Below, one piece after another: positions 1-13,864 of a stretch of DNA of 64,000 bases. The position numbers and the translations under genes were made by a program. Every line of letters starts with the position of its first letter. The first letter of the stretch is position 1. Location: assembly GCA_002269645.1 (NCBI GenBank), contig NIVC01003594.1:24977-88976 (forward strand). Direction: 5' to 3'. The stretch comes from Macrostomum lignano. Its lineage: Eukaryota. A model generated the notes under the pieces. The model made no database searches. It saw nothing but the letters and a program-made list of their open reading frames with translations, and had not been told where the DNA came from.

Positions 1-355
1 ATAAGTGGATAACCAACTCAGGATAAGTGGATAACCAACTGGGGATAAATGGATAACCAACTGAGGATAAGTGGATAACCAACTGAGGATAAGTGGATAA
101 CCAACTGGGGATAAATGGATAACCAACTGGGGATAAGTGGATAACCAACTGGGGATAAATGGATAACCAACTGGGGATAAGTGGATAACCAACTGGGGAT
201 AAGTGGATAACCAACTGAGGATAAGTGGATAACCAACTGAGGATAAGTGGATAACCAACTGGGGATAAGTGGATAACCAACTGGGGATAAGTGGATAACC
301 AACTGGGGATAAATGGATAACCAACTGAGGATATGTGGATAACCATCTGAGGATA
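1..355. repeat. 22-bp minisatellite (ATAAGTGGATAACCAACTGAGG), about 16 copies, probably within an ALDH intron
   Basis: Direct tandem units visible from base 1. Confidence 0.95.
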
Positions 356-584
356 ACAATATCTAGGTTTACAAACCAAAAACATGCTTACTCCCTGAAT
401 AAAGGATAACAATAGGAGAAAGGTTGTTAAGCCAGCCATATCTTTTAATCCTTTCGTTAATCCTTTTGATTACCTGAACACAAGTGTCTCTTGAATGTAA
501 AAATAGCCTGAAGTCACAAGCAGCAGGCGTGGCAAATCCATCAATTCCTAATTCGCTTCCCTCACCCTCCCCCCCCCCATCCAG

Positions 585-1457
585 CTGGCCTTCACCGGCA
601 GCACGGAGGTCGGCCGCCTGATCCCGCAGTACGCCGGCCAAAGCAATCTGAAGCGCGTCAGCCTCGAGCTGGGCGGCAAGAGTCCCAATGTGATCTTCTC
701 CGACGCTGATCTTGAGTACGCCGTTGAGAAGTCGCACTTTGCTCTATTCTTCAACCAGGGCCAGTGCTGCTGCGCCGGCAGTCGCACCTTTGTTGAGGAG
801 TCCATCTACGACAAATTTGTCGAGATGAGCGTCGAGCGGGCCAAGAAGCGTCTGGTTGGCGACCCTTTCAATCTCAACACGGAACAGGGACCGCAGATCG
901 ACCAGGAGCAGATGGGCAAAATTCTTGAGTTGATCAAGAGCGGCAAGAGCCAGGGTGCTAAGCTGCTCACTGGCGGTGCTCAGCACGGCGATAAGGGCTA
1001 CTTTGTGCAGCCGACCATCTTCTCCGATGTCCAGGTTGGCTGATTTGAACTGCTTGACTATCTTGACTGGCTGACAGTAAAGGCAGCTTTGAATTTCCTA
1101 ACCAAATTGCTATCCAAATCCCAGGACGAGATGCGCATCGCCCAGGAGGAGATTTTCGGCCCGGTCATGCAGATCATGAAGTTCAAATCTGTCGACGAGC
1201 TGATCGAACGCGGCAACAAGACCATCTACGGTCTGGCAGCCGGCATCTTCACCAAAGACCTGGACAAGGCCATGCACGTCAGCCAGGGCCTGCGCGCTGG
1301 CACCATCTGGATCAACGAGTTCGATCATTTCGACGCCGCCGCTCCATTCGGCGGTTTCAAGATGTCCGGCAACGGCCGAGAGCTGGGCGAGTACGGCCTG
1401 GAGGCCTACACCGAGATCAAGTGCGTCATGATACGCCTGGCCGAGAAAAATAGCTAA
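585..1457 (+). CDS. ALDH2: Aldehyde dehydrogenase (ALDH1A/ALDH2 type), last two exons 585-1034 and 1125-1457; 5' exons lie outside the window
   Basis: Motifs [29 protein letters not shown] (catalytic Cys), EEIFGPV and [16 protein letters not shown] 90-bp GT-AG intron (1035-1124) keeps the frame. The symbol is family-level. Confidence 0.93.
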
Positions 1458-1892
1458 ATCTGTTAATGAACATGTTCGAGCTGCAGACATTAGAAACATT
1501 GAACTAGATATTAGATAAGTCAAATGACTACTTTCGATTGGGCGTCTACTCGGAGTTTTTTGGCTAAATTTGTGCACCGAAGTACTGGTAATATATATAG
1601 ACTAAGGCTAGGCCAATTTATCTGAGGACTAGACTGACTGTAGGATGCTATGTATAACTCCTGTGTCCTCCCTGTAAATTTCTATTGGCTGGCTCCTTTA
1701 TCGATCGCTTACCCCCTCCTAGCTCAACCCCCCTCCGGCTGCGTCCGCCTTCCACGCGCAAACCAATAAACCCCATTCCTCCCTGCCCCGTTTATTCCCC
1801 TTGTCAAGCCATGTATGTACATTCTCAGTGGCGCTTGTGAATGTACATTATGACTGCACCCTGTAACAAGCTGCTTACGCTCTTCACGCGTG

Positions 1893-4056
1893 CCCGGTTA
1901 AAAAAAAGACGGTCGCCAAAATGGCTTGCGACTGTTCATTCCGCGACCGTTGGTCGACCGTATGTCGACCGTTCGTCGACCGTTGCCTGTCACGCGTCGA
2001 CCGTTGATTTTCGACCGTCGTTTTCGTCGACCTTTGCGACTAACAATGCGACCGTTTGGGGACCTACTCCTGTGACCGTTCCTGCGACCGTCCATCGACC
2101 GTTCCCACGACCGTCCATCGACCATTCCCGCGACCGTCCATCGACCGTTCCCACGACCGTCTATCGACCGTTCCCACGACCGTCTATCGACCGTTCCCGC
2201 GCCCGTTCCTGCGACCGTCCATCGACCATTCCTGCGACCGTCCATCGATCATTCCTGCGACCGTCCATCGACCGTTCATCGACTGTTCCTGCGACCGTTC
2301 ATCGACCGTACCTGCGACCGTTCATCGACCGTTCCTGCGACCGTTCATCGACCGTCCATCGACTGTTCATCGACCGTTCCTGCGACCGTTCATCGACCGT
2401 TCCTGCGACCGTTCATCGACCGTTCCTGCGACCGTTCCTGCGACCGTTCCTGTGACCCGTCCTGCGACCGTTCGTCCTCCTTTCATCGACCGTTCAGCGA
2501 CTGTTTGGATTGCTCCGGCGACCCTTCGTCGCCCTAGATCGTATTGTGTTCTAAAAGTCTAAAAATGAAAAAAAGCGTGTAAAGACGGAAACTTTCTTTC
2601 GCTACTAATTATTACTTTCGACAAATTGAAGATTTAACGCGTCGAAAATGTAGGAAGCGTAGACAGTGTAGACATTCTTCCCTGTTTATTTTCTACTTTT
2701 TGTTATCAATAATACCAAAAAACAAAAACATTTGCGTATATAAACGAAGCGCATAAAGGAACAAATGCCAAAGGAGTGACAGAGAAGTGGCCAGACGGAG
2801 GGGAGAGATGAAATTGTAAGATGGGTATTTTAGGTTAATGCAGTGCTAAATGCTAAACGCCCAGGCGCATGTGTCTCGCATTTTCGGAAACTGCACGTTC
2901 AAATTCGTGTGAGCAAGTAATTAATAGCTACATACTTCACGCTGCTCGCGAACATTTGTGACACTAATTATAACTACTGCTTTAACTGCTATAACTGCTA
3001 CTGCTATAACTATAACTATTGCTGCTGCTATTTTACCCACCACGGCTGCTCCGTGTTGGGCAAGTAGCATAAATTTTTAAATATCGAGCTGGTGCTAGAT
3101 TTAATGTAGGTGGAGTAAGGGAAAGAAAAAACTGGTGCTCACATTGCCCAAGTAGGAAATTGCCACGAGCAAGTGTTAGTTTAAGTAGTAAAAAAATAAT
3201 TCATTTTTTCAATAACTTGCCACACACTGAAGCTGCTGCACTTGTTGCCGTTTCGTTGTTGGTTTATTGTGCTGTTCTAGATGAATAAATACATTCGTCA
3301 CATATATGGAATTCCATCATCTATGGTAGTGTCACTGAAAGGTGTGGAATAATGGCCACATCGATTAATTATTGCTTCTGGCTAAAAGTATACATACAAT
3401 GAGAGAACACAAGCGTCAGGTAAAATGCACAGGTTCGTATAATGGAACAACAAATGTAATTAAGTAGTTGGGCTCCGTAGTAGGATGGGATAAAGCTAGG
3501 ATAGGCGTGAAACCGTGGTGGGAAAAACGGTCGAAAGAGTGGTCGATAAAACGGTCGACGGACGGTCGACGAAACGGTCGACGGACGGTCGACAGAACAG
3601 TGGACAGAACGGTCGACAGATGGTCGCAGAGACGGTCGCCGAGATGGTCGACAAGACGGTCGACAGAACGGTCGGCAAGCCGGTCGGCAAAACGGTCGAC
3701 AAAACGGTCGACAGACGGTCGACAGACGGTCGCAGAGACGGTCGCAGAGACGGTCGCAGACAAGGTCGCAGAGATGGTCGAAGTAACGGTCGCAGAGACG
3801 GTCGCAGAAGAACGGTCGCAAAAACAGTCGACGGAACAGTCGCTACCAACGGTCGCATGCCACGGTCGCAAGAATTAGTCGCACAGTCGCACACATCGAC
3901 CGTGCAGAATGGTCGACTACTCGGTCGTTCACATGGTCGCATCCGGCGACCGTGCTTAACGGGCGCTGGAATGGTCGCAATAATAGTCGACGCCGGCCAT
4001 CACGGTCGCAGGACGGTCGAGGGCCCTGAAATGCGACCGTTATTTTTTTAACCGGG
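1893..4056. mobile_element. Non-autonomous TIR DNA transposon (CMC/EnSpm-like) with inverted subterminal CGACCGT arrays
   Basis: 24-bp TIRs match at 22/24 (CCCGGTTAAAAAAAAGACGGTCGC at 1893-1916 vs the reverse complement of 4033-4056). GTG flanks both sides (1890-1892, 4057-4059). CGACCGT-rich array at about 1930-2520 and ACGGTCG-rich array at about 3520-4040. No transposase ORF. Confidence 0.75.
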
Positions 4057-4769
4057 GTGGCTTTAAAATTTAGAAAGTCATGCGCGTTCATATGCCCAAA
4101 AGAAAGTAGTCTAAGTGTACTTTTATTAATTTGAGTTTCTGAGTGGTACAGCTAGTAGTGTTTCTAATTACTATGCTTCGACCAAAACAAAAGATTGTGT
4201 CGCTTTAATAAAACAAAAACTATTTATGAGTATAATCTCATAATTCTTGCCTTCTGTATTAAATTTTTACTATAAAACCATACTCATTGGGAGGATTTTT
4301 TACAATGAAGTAACTTGTTTTGGGACTCAAATATTTAATTTTATGTTTTTTATGATTCATTTTCTCATTCAAAATTCAAAGGTTTTGTGTTCCGGTGTTT
4401 TGTTATTACAGTGGCTGCTCACTCAAATGTACTGAACTGTCTGCTGACTTTTCTCCACATTAATATTGGCTGGTGTAATCTCACGTGTTCAAATAAAAAG
4501 TTTTATTGTCCTATTGGTTGATTTAAACTGTCATTAAATATGAGTTTCGTCTTTAAAGCTTTCTTGCTTTTTGATAGAGTGAATTAAGTACTTTGAAGGC
4601 AGGTAGGTAACCCTGTGCTCAGGCTTAGGGTGGACAAAATATAATTTAGTCATTATCTATATGACTGTTAGCATTGATGATAATATGAAGTGACAGCATC
4701 CTTCGCTATAGTAGTTGCTGGGCCACGGTCCTCCCAGATTGCCAGGGCTAGATTACCATCACCCTCGCA

Positions 4770-5495
4770 GATCTTCAGTTGCTGGGCCAGCCTCCCAGAT
4801 CCTCAGTTGCTGGGCCAGTCTCCCAGATCCTCAGTTGCTGAGCCAGCCTCCCAGATCCTCAGTTGCCATCCTCCCAGATCCTCAGTTGCCAGCCTCCCAG
4901 ATCCTCAGTTGCTGAGCCAGCCTCCCAGATCCTCAGTTGCTGAGCCAGCCTCCCAGATCCTCAGTTGCTGAGCCAGCCTCCCAGATCCTCAGTTGCTGAG
5001 CCAGCCTCCCAGATCCTCAGTTGCTGAGCCAGCCTCCCAGATCCTCAGTTGCTGAGCCAGCCTCCCAGATCCTCAGTTGCTGAGCCAGACTCCCAGATCC
5101 TCAATTGCTGAGCCAGCCTCCCAGATCCTCAGTTGCCATCCTCCCAGATCCTCAGTTGCCACCCTCCCAGATGCTCAGTTGCTGAGCCAGCCTCTCAGAT
5201 CCTCAGTTGCTGAGCCAGCCTCTCAGATCCTCAGTTGCTGAGCCAGCCTCCCAGATCCTCAGTTGCCATCCTCCCAGATCCTCAGTTGCCACCCTCCCAG
5301 ATCCTCAGTTGCTGAGCCAGCCTTCCAGATCCTCAGTTGCTGAGCCAGCCTCTCAGATCCTCAGTTGCTGAGCCAGCCTCCCAGATCCTCAGTTGCTGAG
5401 CCAGCCTCTCAGATCCTCAGTTGCTGAGCCAGCCTTCCAGATCCTCAGTTGCTAGGCCAGCCTCCCAGATCCTCAGTTGCCATCCTCCAGATCCT
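4770..5495. repeat. 28-bp minisatellite (CCAGCCTCCCAGATCCTCAGTTGCTGAG)
   Basis: Tandem units; the same family recurs at 49425-50050. Confidence 0.95.
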
Positions 5496-5607
5496 CATTT
5501 GCTGGGCCACCACCGCCCTCCCGATCATCAGTAGTGAGATTTTGGCGCCAGTTAAAATTGAAGATCAGCTCAAACAAAACAAAAATTGGTGCTCTTTGTG
5601 TCCCCAG

Positions 5608-8600
5608 TCGCAGTCGCTAACCGCCCCGATCCCGGCCGCTCTGGCTGCCGAGCTGGCCAAGCAGCTGAACGATCGGCTGCCCACCGTGGAGGCGGTCCGC
5701 GAGCTCGCGCCCGGCCTGCTGCGCGAATCCGCAGAACGGCTGGACCTGCTGCGCAAGCAGGCCCGTCTGCACGACTGCACGCGCTACGGACAGGCCAGGC
5801 TGGCCTGCCGGCAGCTGCAGGCCGAAGTTGCCGAACTGCTGCAGCTGCACGCACAGCTCGCCGACCGCTGCCAGCGTCAGCTGGACAACTGCCGACCGCT
5901 GCTGGTCGACGGCGGCCTAGCGGAGCGGGCGGCCGAGCTGGACTTGGCCGAGGCGCGGCTGGAGGCGATGAAGCTTCGAGAACAGCTGGAGTGCCAGGTG
6001 AGCTGGCAGAATTGTGTCCGGTTGCTCCTGTGCTAGATGCATCTAGTTGATATAGTGTCCTAGATGTGTCCGGTTGATTGTGTCCTAGATGTGTCCGGTT
6101 GATTGTGTCCTAGATAGATGTGTCCGGTTGATTGTGTCCTAGATAGATGTTTCCGCTTGATTGTGTCCTAGATAGATAGATGTGTCGGGTTGATTGTGTC
6201 CTAGATAGATAGATGTGACCGGTTGATTGTGTCCTAGATAGATAGATAGATGTGTCGGGTTGATTGTGTCCTAGATAGATAGATAGATGTGACCGGTTGA
6301 TTGTGTCCTAGATAGATAGATGTGTCCGGTTGATTGTGTCCTAGATAGATGTGTCCGGTTAATTGTGTCCTAGATAGAGAGATGTGTCCGGTTGATTGTG
6401 TGCTAGATAGATCGATAGATGTGTTCGGTTGATTGTGTCCTAGATAGATGTTTCCGCTTGATTGTGTCCTAGATAGATAGATAGATGTGTCGGGTTGATT
6501 GTGTCCTAGATAGATAGATGTGTCCGGTTGATTGTGTCCTAGATAGATCGATGTGTCCAAAGCTGTCAGGAGCCAAACCCAGTGACCCTCCGCCCGCAGG
6601 CGAGCGCGGTGCAGGCCGCCCTAGTCACTGGCAGCTTCGACCGGGCCGCCGAGCAGTTCCGCCGGCTGGCCCTGATGCGCCGCGATCTCCGGCCGCCGGA
6701 TCGCCTGCCCGAAGCCGAAGCTGCCGAGCTCCGCTCGGACGCCGAGGCCAGCCTGGACCACTGGGCCAACCAGCTGCGCCGGAAGTTTAGCGCCGAATTC
6801 GCCGCTGCCGTGCGCGCCATTGGCTGGCCGTTTAACAGCGGCGGCTCGACCGGTGGCGGTTCCGCCGACACCTCCACTCCGGTATCCGCTTCCGGTTCCG
6901 CTTCGTCCGGCACTTCCGGTAGCAGCGGCGGCAAAGAGAGAGACTTTGTGGTGAGCTTTCGCCGATTCGCCCAGCTGCAAGTTCCTGCCGAGGCTTCCGG
7001 CCGGTCGCTACCGCCTCTGGAGGTGATGCTGGAGCCGTTCCGAAAGAAATTCGCCTTCCACTTCTCTGGAGATCGGCCGACTAACGATCCGGCCAGGCCG
7101 GAGATCTTCCTCACGCAGGTGCGATTATTAGCAGGTGGTTTTAGATTGGATAGGAGCATGGCGGAACCCACGAAAGGAGCCGAGAGGAGGGTAGCGGAGT
7201 CCACCAAAGGACCCGAGAGGAGGGCAGCGGAGCCCACCAAAGGACCCGAGAGGAGGGTAGCGGAGCCCACCAAAGGACCGATATTCCTTTGCGGCGTTTC
7301 CAACATCCGGCATCAGAAGTAGAGAGAATTAGTGGCGTCCACCAACTTTTAAAGTAAAAATGAAGATTTTATATAGGGTGGTAATTGTCTGTCGCATAGT
7401 TTTAAACCCCGCAATCACTGTTAACTACCGCCAGGTGCTGAAATGGATCAAAGAGCACGACGCCTTCCTAGGCCAGGTGGTGCAGCCCTGCCTTGATCAG
7501 GTTGGCATGTCCGCTTGGGACGTGCGCGAAGAATTCGCATCCGGCCTGATGGAGCTGGTCAAACGGAAGCTGGGCCAGTTGTTGGAGCAGTACAGGTAGA
7601 AGTTCGCTCTGGCTCTATTTTGGGGCTTGTGCACGAATAATTGTCGTGTGGGTTGTCCTACAATTCACACCTATGAGGCCCGACCCCTAAGCACAGGGTG
7701 TTTCTGACAATTATAAAATAGGGCGATGTCCAGGGAAATCGTATAATGATGCTAAGCAATGATTCGCTAAATTTTCCAGAGAGCTGCCCGACAAAGAGGA
7801 GGCTGACCTCCGCTTGGCGCACCTCATCAACGAGCTGCTGGCGCTGGACCGGGAGCTGGCCGCAGTCGGTCTGCCCTCGGCCGCTGCCACCGTCGGCAGC
7901 GTGCTTGGCGAGCCGCGCTGGCTGGCCTGGTGGGAGGGCCTGGAGGCCAAGTTTGCCCAGGCCCGCCTGGACGAGATCCTGCTGGCTGGCGACGCCTGGA
8001 GCCCCGCTGGCGGCGTTGAAGACTCGTCCTCGTCCTCGTCGGCGGCGGTGCCGCAGTGCGCGGAGGCGGTGATGGCGCTGGTGCAGGCGCTGGGCGGGCG
8101 GGCCAACCTGCTGCGCACCGACCTGCACAAGCGGGCCCGGCTGTTCCGCGTGCAGCTGGACGTGCTGGAGGACTTCCGGGTTCGACTGCGGCAGGTGAGC
8201 AGCGCCCGGAGTGACTGGCTGTGCCCGGAGTGACTGGCTGTGCCGGAGTGACTGGCTGTGCCGGAGTGACTGGCTGTGCCCGGAGTGACTGGCTGTGCCC
8301 GGAGTGACTGGCTGTGCCCGGAGTGACTGGCTGTGCTGGAGTGACTTGCCGTGCCGGAGTAACTGGCTGTGCCGGAGTGACTGGCTGTGCCGATCAGGCT
8401 TTATGACCTATTGCGCCTTTACTATGAGTAATTGTGCCGATGGTGCCATTGTATGGCCAATTGTGCTATTTTATGACTGATATGTGTAATTATATGATCA
8501 AAAGTGCTTTTCCGACCGGCTGTGTGCTCCATTTTTGTGTTTAATATCTGATATTTTTACCTAAAAACACACGGTCTGGCTTCACTCACTCCCGCGACCT

Positions 8601-9864
8601 CAGGTGACCCGCCGCTACCCGACCTCCGATCCGCGCTGGTTCGGCGCCCTGAACAGCCTGCAGTTTGCCCGGGACTCCCTCACGGACTGGGCCGATCAGC
8701 TCGATTACGCCGAGCTGTCCCGGCTGCCCGAGTCTGAGCGGAGCATCCACGGAGCTGCCGCCGCCGCCTCCGGCACCGCTGGTGATGAAGCTGCCAGGTG
8801 AATTTGTTGCACAAATGGTCAGCTAGGATTCAATGGTGTCTCTTGGCGTCTATGGGGGTCTCTAGGGATCTAGAGGTGTATATAGAGATCTAAGGGTGTC
8901 TCTAGGGATCTAAAGATGTATATAGATATCTAAGGGTGTCTCTAGAGATCTAGGGGTGTCTCTAGGGATCTGCAATCATTCAGAGTCTATCAAAGACACC
9001 CTTTGCAATGATTTGCAATCATTTTCCCTAGCAGAGCGCCGGCCGCCGCAGCCGCAGGCCTGGCCGATCTGTCCAGCGCCGCCATCGCTGACGACGACGA
9101 CTCCTCCGGGGCGGGCGTTTTCGCCCCGGTTGCTAGGCGCCTTGCCGCCACCCAATCCGAACTGCTCGAGTCCCTAGTGCGCGGCATCCTTGACCAGCTG
9201 GCCGCCTTGTTGGAGAGCCTTGGACCGGACACTTTCCTGTCTGGTCGGCCGAGCGACGCACCGGCTTTGGCCGCCCTGTTCCTGGCCGTCAGAGACTCGC
9301 TGCAGGCCTGCCGTGATCGCCTGCAGCCGGCCGTGTTCCGGCCCGTGTGGCGCCGTCTGGCTGCCGGGCTCAACCGGCTGCTCATGCGACAGCTGCTGGG
9401 CATGCGGTTCAGCCACGCCGGTGGCCTGCAGTTCGCGCACACAGTGACCAAGGTGAGCCGTCGAGCGTTCGGGCACTGCTCGAGCACCCTAGAGTTTCAC
9501 ATCCCTATAGAGTTTCACATCCCTATAGAGGTTCACATCCCTATAGAGTTTCACATCCCTATAGAGTTTCACATCCTGATAAACCTGATAAATCGAACCC
9601 AACATCAAACCCATGCAGGTATTCATGCCGGTGTTCGCCCAGTACTGCGGCCGGCCGGACCGTCTGCTAGCCGAGAGCGCCCAGGCCTGCTGCCTGCTCG
9701 GCTTGGCGCGGGGCACCGCGGCGCTGCTGCGCCAGGCGCTGGCCGGACCGCCGCGCGATGGCGAAGATCCGCTAAGAATGCTGCTGGATCTGGGCGTGTC
9801 GTCGCTGACGCCCGAGGAGGCGCTGGCCGTGCTGAAGCGCCGGATTGACTTGGACCAGGCGTGA
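5608..9864 (+). CDS. RINT1: RAD50-interacting protein 1 (RINT1/TIP20 tethering factor); exons 5608-5997, 6600 (or 6570)-7118, 7435-7595, 7780-8194, 8604-8797, 9035-9452, 9619-9864
   Basis: GT-AG introns with consistent phases join one frame. Motifs MLEPFRKKFAFHFSGDRPTNDPARPE, WWEGLEAKFAQARLDEIL, LTDWADQLDY and RFSHAGGLQF resemble RINT1. No start ATG found. Confidence 0.88.
6045..6555. repeat. Intronic minisatellite GATGTGTCCGGTTGATTGTGTCCTA plus variable (GATA)n
   Basis: Tandem units in RINT1 intron 1. Confidence 0.9.
7160..7280. repeat. 33-bp tandem repeat, about 4 copies, RINT1 intron 2
   Basis: GCGGAGCCCACCAAAGGACCCGAGAGGAGGGTA units. Confidence 0.8.
8205..8575. repeat. Dispersed repeat, copy 1: CGGAGTGACTGGCTGTGC minisatellite plus a unique tail
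   Basis: The same minisatellite and the tail GTGCTTTTCC..CTGTGTGCTCCATTTTTGTG occur again at 10215-10975. Confidence 0.75.
9490..9580. repeat. 18-bp tandem repeat (CTATAGAGTTTCACATCC) in the last RINT1 intron
   Basis: About 5 units; a single unit recurs near 10036-10055. Confidence 0.8.
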
Positions 9865-10211
9865 CCTGCCTGTGAAGATGCTGCAGGTTCTTATATACTA
9901 CTCATATAGCTACTCATCATTTAGACATGCTGGTTTAGGTTCGCCGTTTATCGATTTCATAAATAAACTGCTGCTGCTTCGCATCGGGTTATTCAGAGAT
10001 CTGTTTTCTTACTGCAAGCAAAACATTTTCACACCCTAGAGTTTCACATCCTATAGTCCGATGCTCTATGAACTTGCATGTAAAAAATTATAGCAAGAGC
10101 ACACAATCTGACTCGCGGTAAATTGAAATTGACTTTTTTAATGGAATTGGAATCCGAGCAACATGTACTCTATCACAATCTATATGTACATGTATATCTC
10201 GAAATGGTTTA

Positions 10212-10975
<764 letters not shown>

Positions 10976-11226
10976 TGAATACTGTTGCACAATCTACATG
11001 AATAAGTCGGAACGGTTTTGATAAATTAGACAAAGTTCTAATTGAATAGTTGCAAAATAAACTTCGGTAGTACGAGGCTGAATAGGTTTACATACATCAA
11101 CGTTTTCAGGAAATGATTGTTAGGTGAAGTGTGGCATGACTAAAAGCTTGTTTAAAACTCGAACTACATGTAAGTCACTTTATATTGCTATATTCTTCCA
11201 TATACGGGTATACATGTACTTATGGT

Positions 11227-11367
11227 AATGGAAGGTAAATTATATAAAGCGAGAATTTAACCTAATGGCCAAGGTCCAGTAGGCATTATTATTGCACTTG
11301 CAAGTAGCGAACTCGTGACCTTTGGCCATTACCTTAAATTCTAGCTTTAAATATTTAACCTTCCATT
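11227..11367. repeat. Imperfect inverted repeat of about 141 bp (hairpin, MITE-like)
   Basis: Arm 11227-11276 AATGGAAGGTAAATTATATAAAGCGAGAATTTAACCTAATGGCCAAGGTC pairs with 11317-11367. Confidence 0.75.
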
Positions 11368-11526
11368 GATTTGAGGTTGCATTCACAAACTCGAACTTTC
11401 ACAACGTCAAAAGCAAATGATTTCACAAGGTCGAAATTTTGCGTCGAAAAACTCGAATGGCAGTGCAGTCACTTTCTCAATGTCGAAACTTTATAAAACT
11501 CGAAATTTCACGACTAACAAGAACCA

Positions 11527-13864
11527 TCCTGTTAGTTGTTAGTTGTTACAAACAACCCTAAAAATGAGTTGTCGGTAGGTATGCGATAGATTTCAGAAAA
11601 AACGGCTCAACCGATTTTCTTCAAACTTGCACCATTCGATCAGAAATTTTCCTGGGACGGTACATACATCTTGGCTAAGAAATTGCTCAATTCTAAAGGG
11701 ATTAAATATTCGAAAAACATGCTTTTTTGCAAAGGTCAAACAGAATTTTCGACTTGAAATGCATTGTAAAAATGCTAGAGAAAAAACTGACTGACTGAAT
11801 TCCTATTCTGATAAAGATTGCATCACAACAAGTTGAAAACAGTGCCAAAGAAATGCGCACAAGAATTGATTTAAATTGCGTAACCATATTGCTAACTTGA
11901 ATTGAGACTGATACTGGCTGACTGAGAAATTGATTATGTCATAACTTTTTACTCTTACTGACTTGCTGTAAGAATTGAAGTATAAGGGCCACAATTCATG
12001 TTCTCCAATTGAAAAGAGATAGCCAAGATGCGAACAATGTAGCGACCTGGGTTCGAATCTTAGTAGTGCAAAATGATTTTTTAAAAACTTAAAAAGACAA
12101 AATGCTAAACATAAAAGAAGCGAAATGTCAAACATAAAAGTGGCACCATGTCAAATATAAAAGAGCTACCGTACCATGTCAGATATAAAAGAGCCACCAT
12201 GTCAGACATAAAAGAACCACCATATCAAACATAAAAGAGCCACCATGTCAAACATAAAAGAGCCACCATGTCAAACATAAAAGAGCTACCATGTCAAACA
12301 TTAAAGTGCTACCATGTCAAACATAGAAGAGCCACCATGACCAACATTAAAGAGCTACTATGTCAAACATAGAAGAGCCACCATGTCAAAGATTAACGAG
12401 CTATCATGTCAAACACAAAAGAGCCACTATGTCAAACAAAGAAGAGACACCATATCAAACATAGAAGAGCCACCATGTCAAACATTAAAGTGCTACCATG
12501 TCAAACATAGACGTGACTCCGTGTCAAACATTAAAGAGCCAACATTTCAAACATACACGTGACTCCATGTCAAACATTAAAGAGCCACCATGTCAAACAT
12601 AGAAGAGACACCATATCAAGCATAGAAGAGCCACCATGTCAAACATAAAAGAGACACCATATCAAGCATAAAAGAGCCACCATGTCAAACATTAAAGAAC
12701 CATTTCAAACATAAAAGAGACACCGTTTCAAACATAAAAAGAAGTGTCATGCCAAACAAAATGGAGCCACTATGAAGCTAAGGAAATTGCTGCACTAGCT
12801 ATTTGTTCTCTGGTGGATGCTTGCTATTTAAGGATGGATACTTGCTATCAGGGGGATGCTTGCTATCAGGGGGATGCTTGCTATCTGAGGGATGCTTGCT
12901 ATCTGAGGGATACTTGCTATCAGGGGGATGCTTGCTATCAGGGGGATGCTTGCTATCTGAGGGATGCTTGCTATCTGAGGGATGCTTGCTATTGGGGGGA
13001 TGCTTGCTATTGGAAGGATGCTTGCTACTGGGGTAACTTGCTATTGGGAGATGCTTGCTCTTAGGGGTGGAGGGTACTTGCTATCTGAGAGGGGGTTGAT
13101 AGATATCTATAAGGTCTCTTTGTATCCAGGTTATGCTTGCTGTCTAGGGTTGCTTGTGGTCTGGGGGATACTTGCTATCTAGGAGATGCTTGCTATCTGG
13201 GGGATGCTTGCTATCTAGGGGATGCTTGCTATCTGGGGGATGCTTGCTATCTGGGGGATGCTTGCTATCTGGGGGATGCTTGCTATCTGGGGGATGCTTG
13301 CTATCTGGGGTTGCTTGCTATATGGGGGGGGATGCTTGCTATCTAGCTGGGGGATGCTTGCTATCTGGGGGATGCTTGCTATCTGGGGGATGCTTGCTAT
13401 CTGGGGGATGCTTGCTATCTGGGGGATGCTTGCTATCTGGGGGATGCTTGCTATCTGGGGGATGCTTGCTATCTGGGGGATGCTTGCTATCTGGGGGATG
13501 CTTGCTATCTGGGGGATGCTTGCTATCTGGGGGATGCTTGCTATCTGGGGGATGCTTGCTATCTGGGGGATGCTTGCTATCTGGGGGATGCTTGCTATCT
13601 GGGGGATGCTTGCTATCTGGGGGATGCTTGCTATCTGGGGTTGCTTGCTATATGGGGGGGATGCTTGCAGTCTGGGGGATGCTTGCTATTTGGGGATTGA
13701 TGTTTGAATGCTGTCTGGGGATGCTTGCTGTCTTGGGATGTTAATTGTTTTTAGAGGCAATGTCTGTTGTTTTTTATGAAGGCTTTATTTCGCTGTCTAT
13801 TTGTTATTTGTAAAGAACAAAGATTCTATCCAGATGTCCCCCATCGGGGGGCGAAGATTGCTAG
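11527..13864 (+). mobile_element. Non-autonomous Helitron, copy 1, carrying 23-bp (12120-12770) and 18-bp (12820-13740) minisatellites
   Basis: The head AAAACGGCTCAACCGATTTTC... is homologous to 19220-19750. 3' hairpin CCCCC-ATC-GGGGG then CTAG|T at 13861-13865. The 5' A|TC at 11526/11527 is tentative. Confidence 0.72.

Noticed and set aside
1841-4091. ORFs in the CGACCGT arrays, and similar ORFs at 12744-13744, 42207-42698, 43067-43900, 49435-52647 and 61538-63143
   Set aside because: Low-complexity translations of stop-poor tandem repeats with no domain signal.
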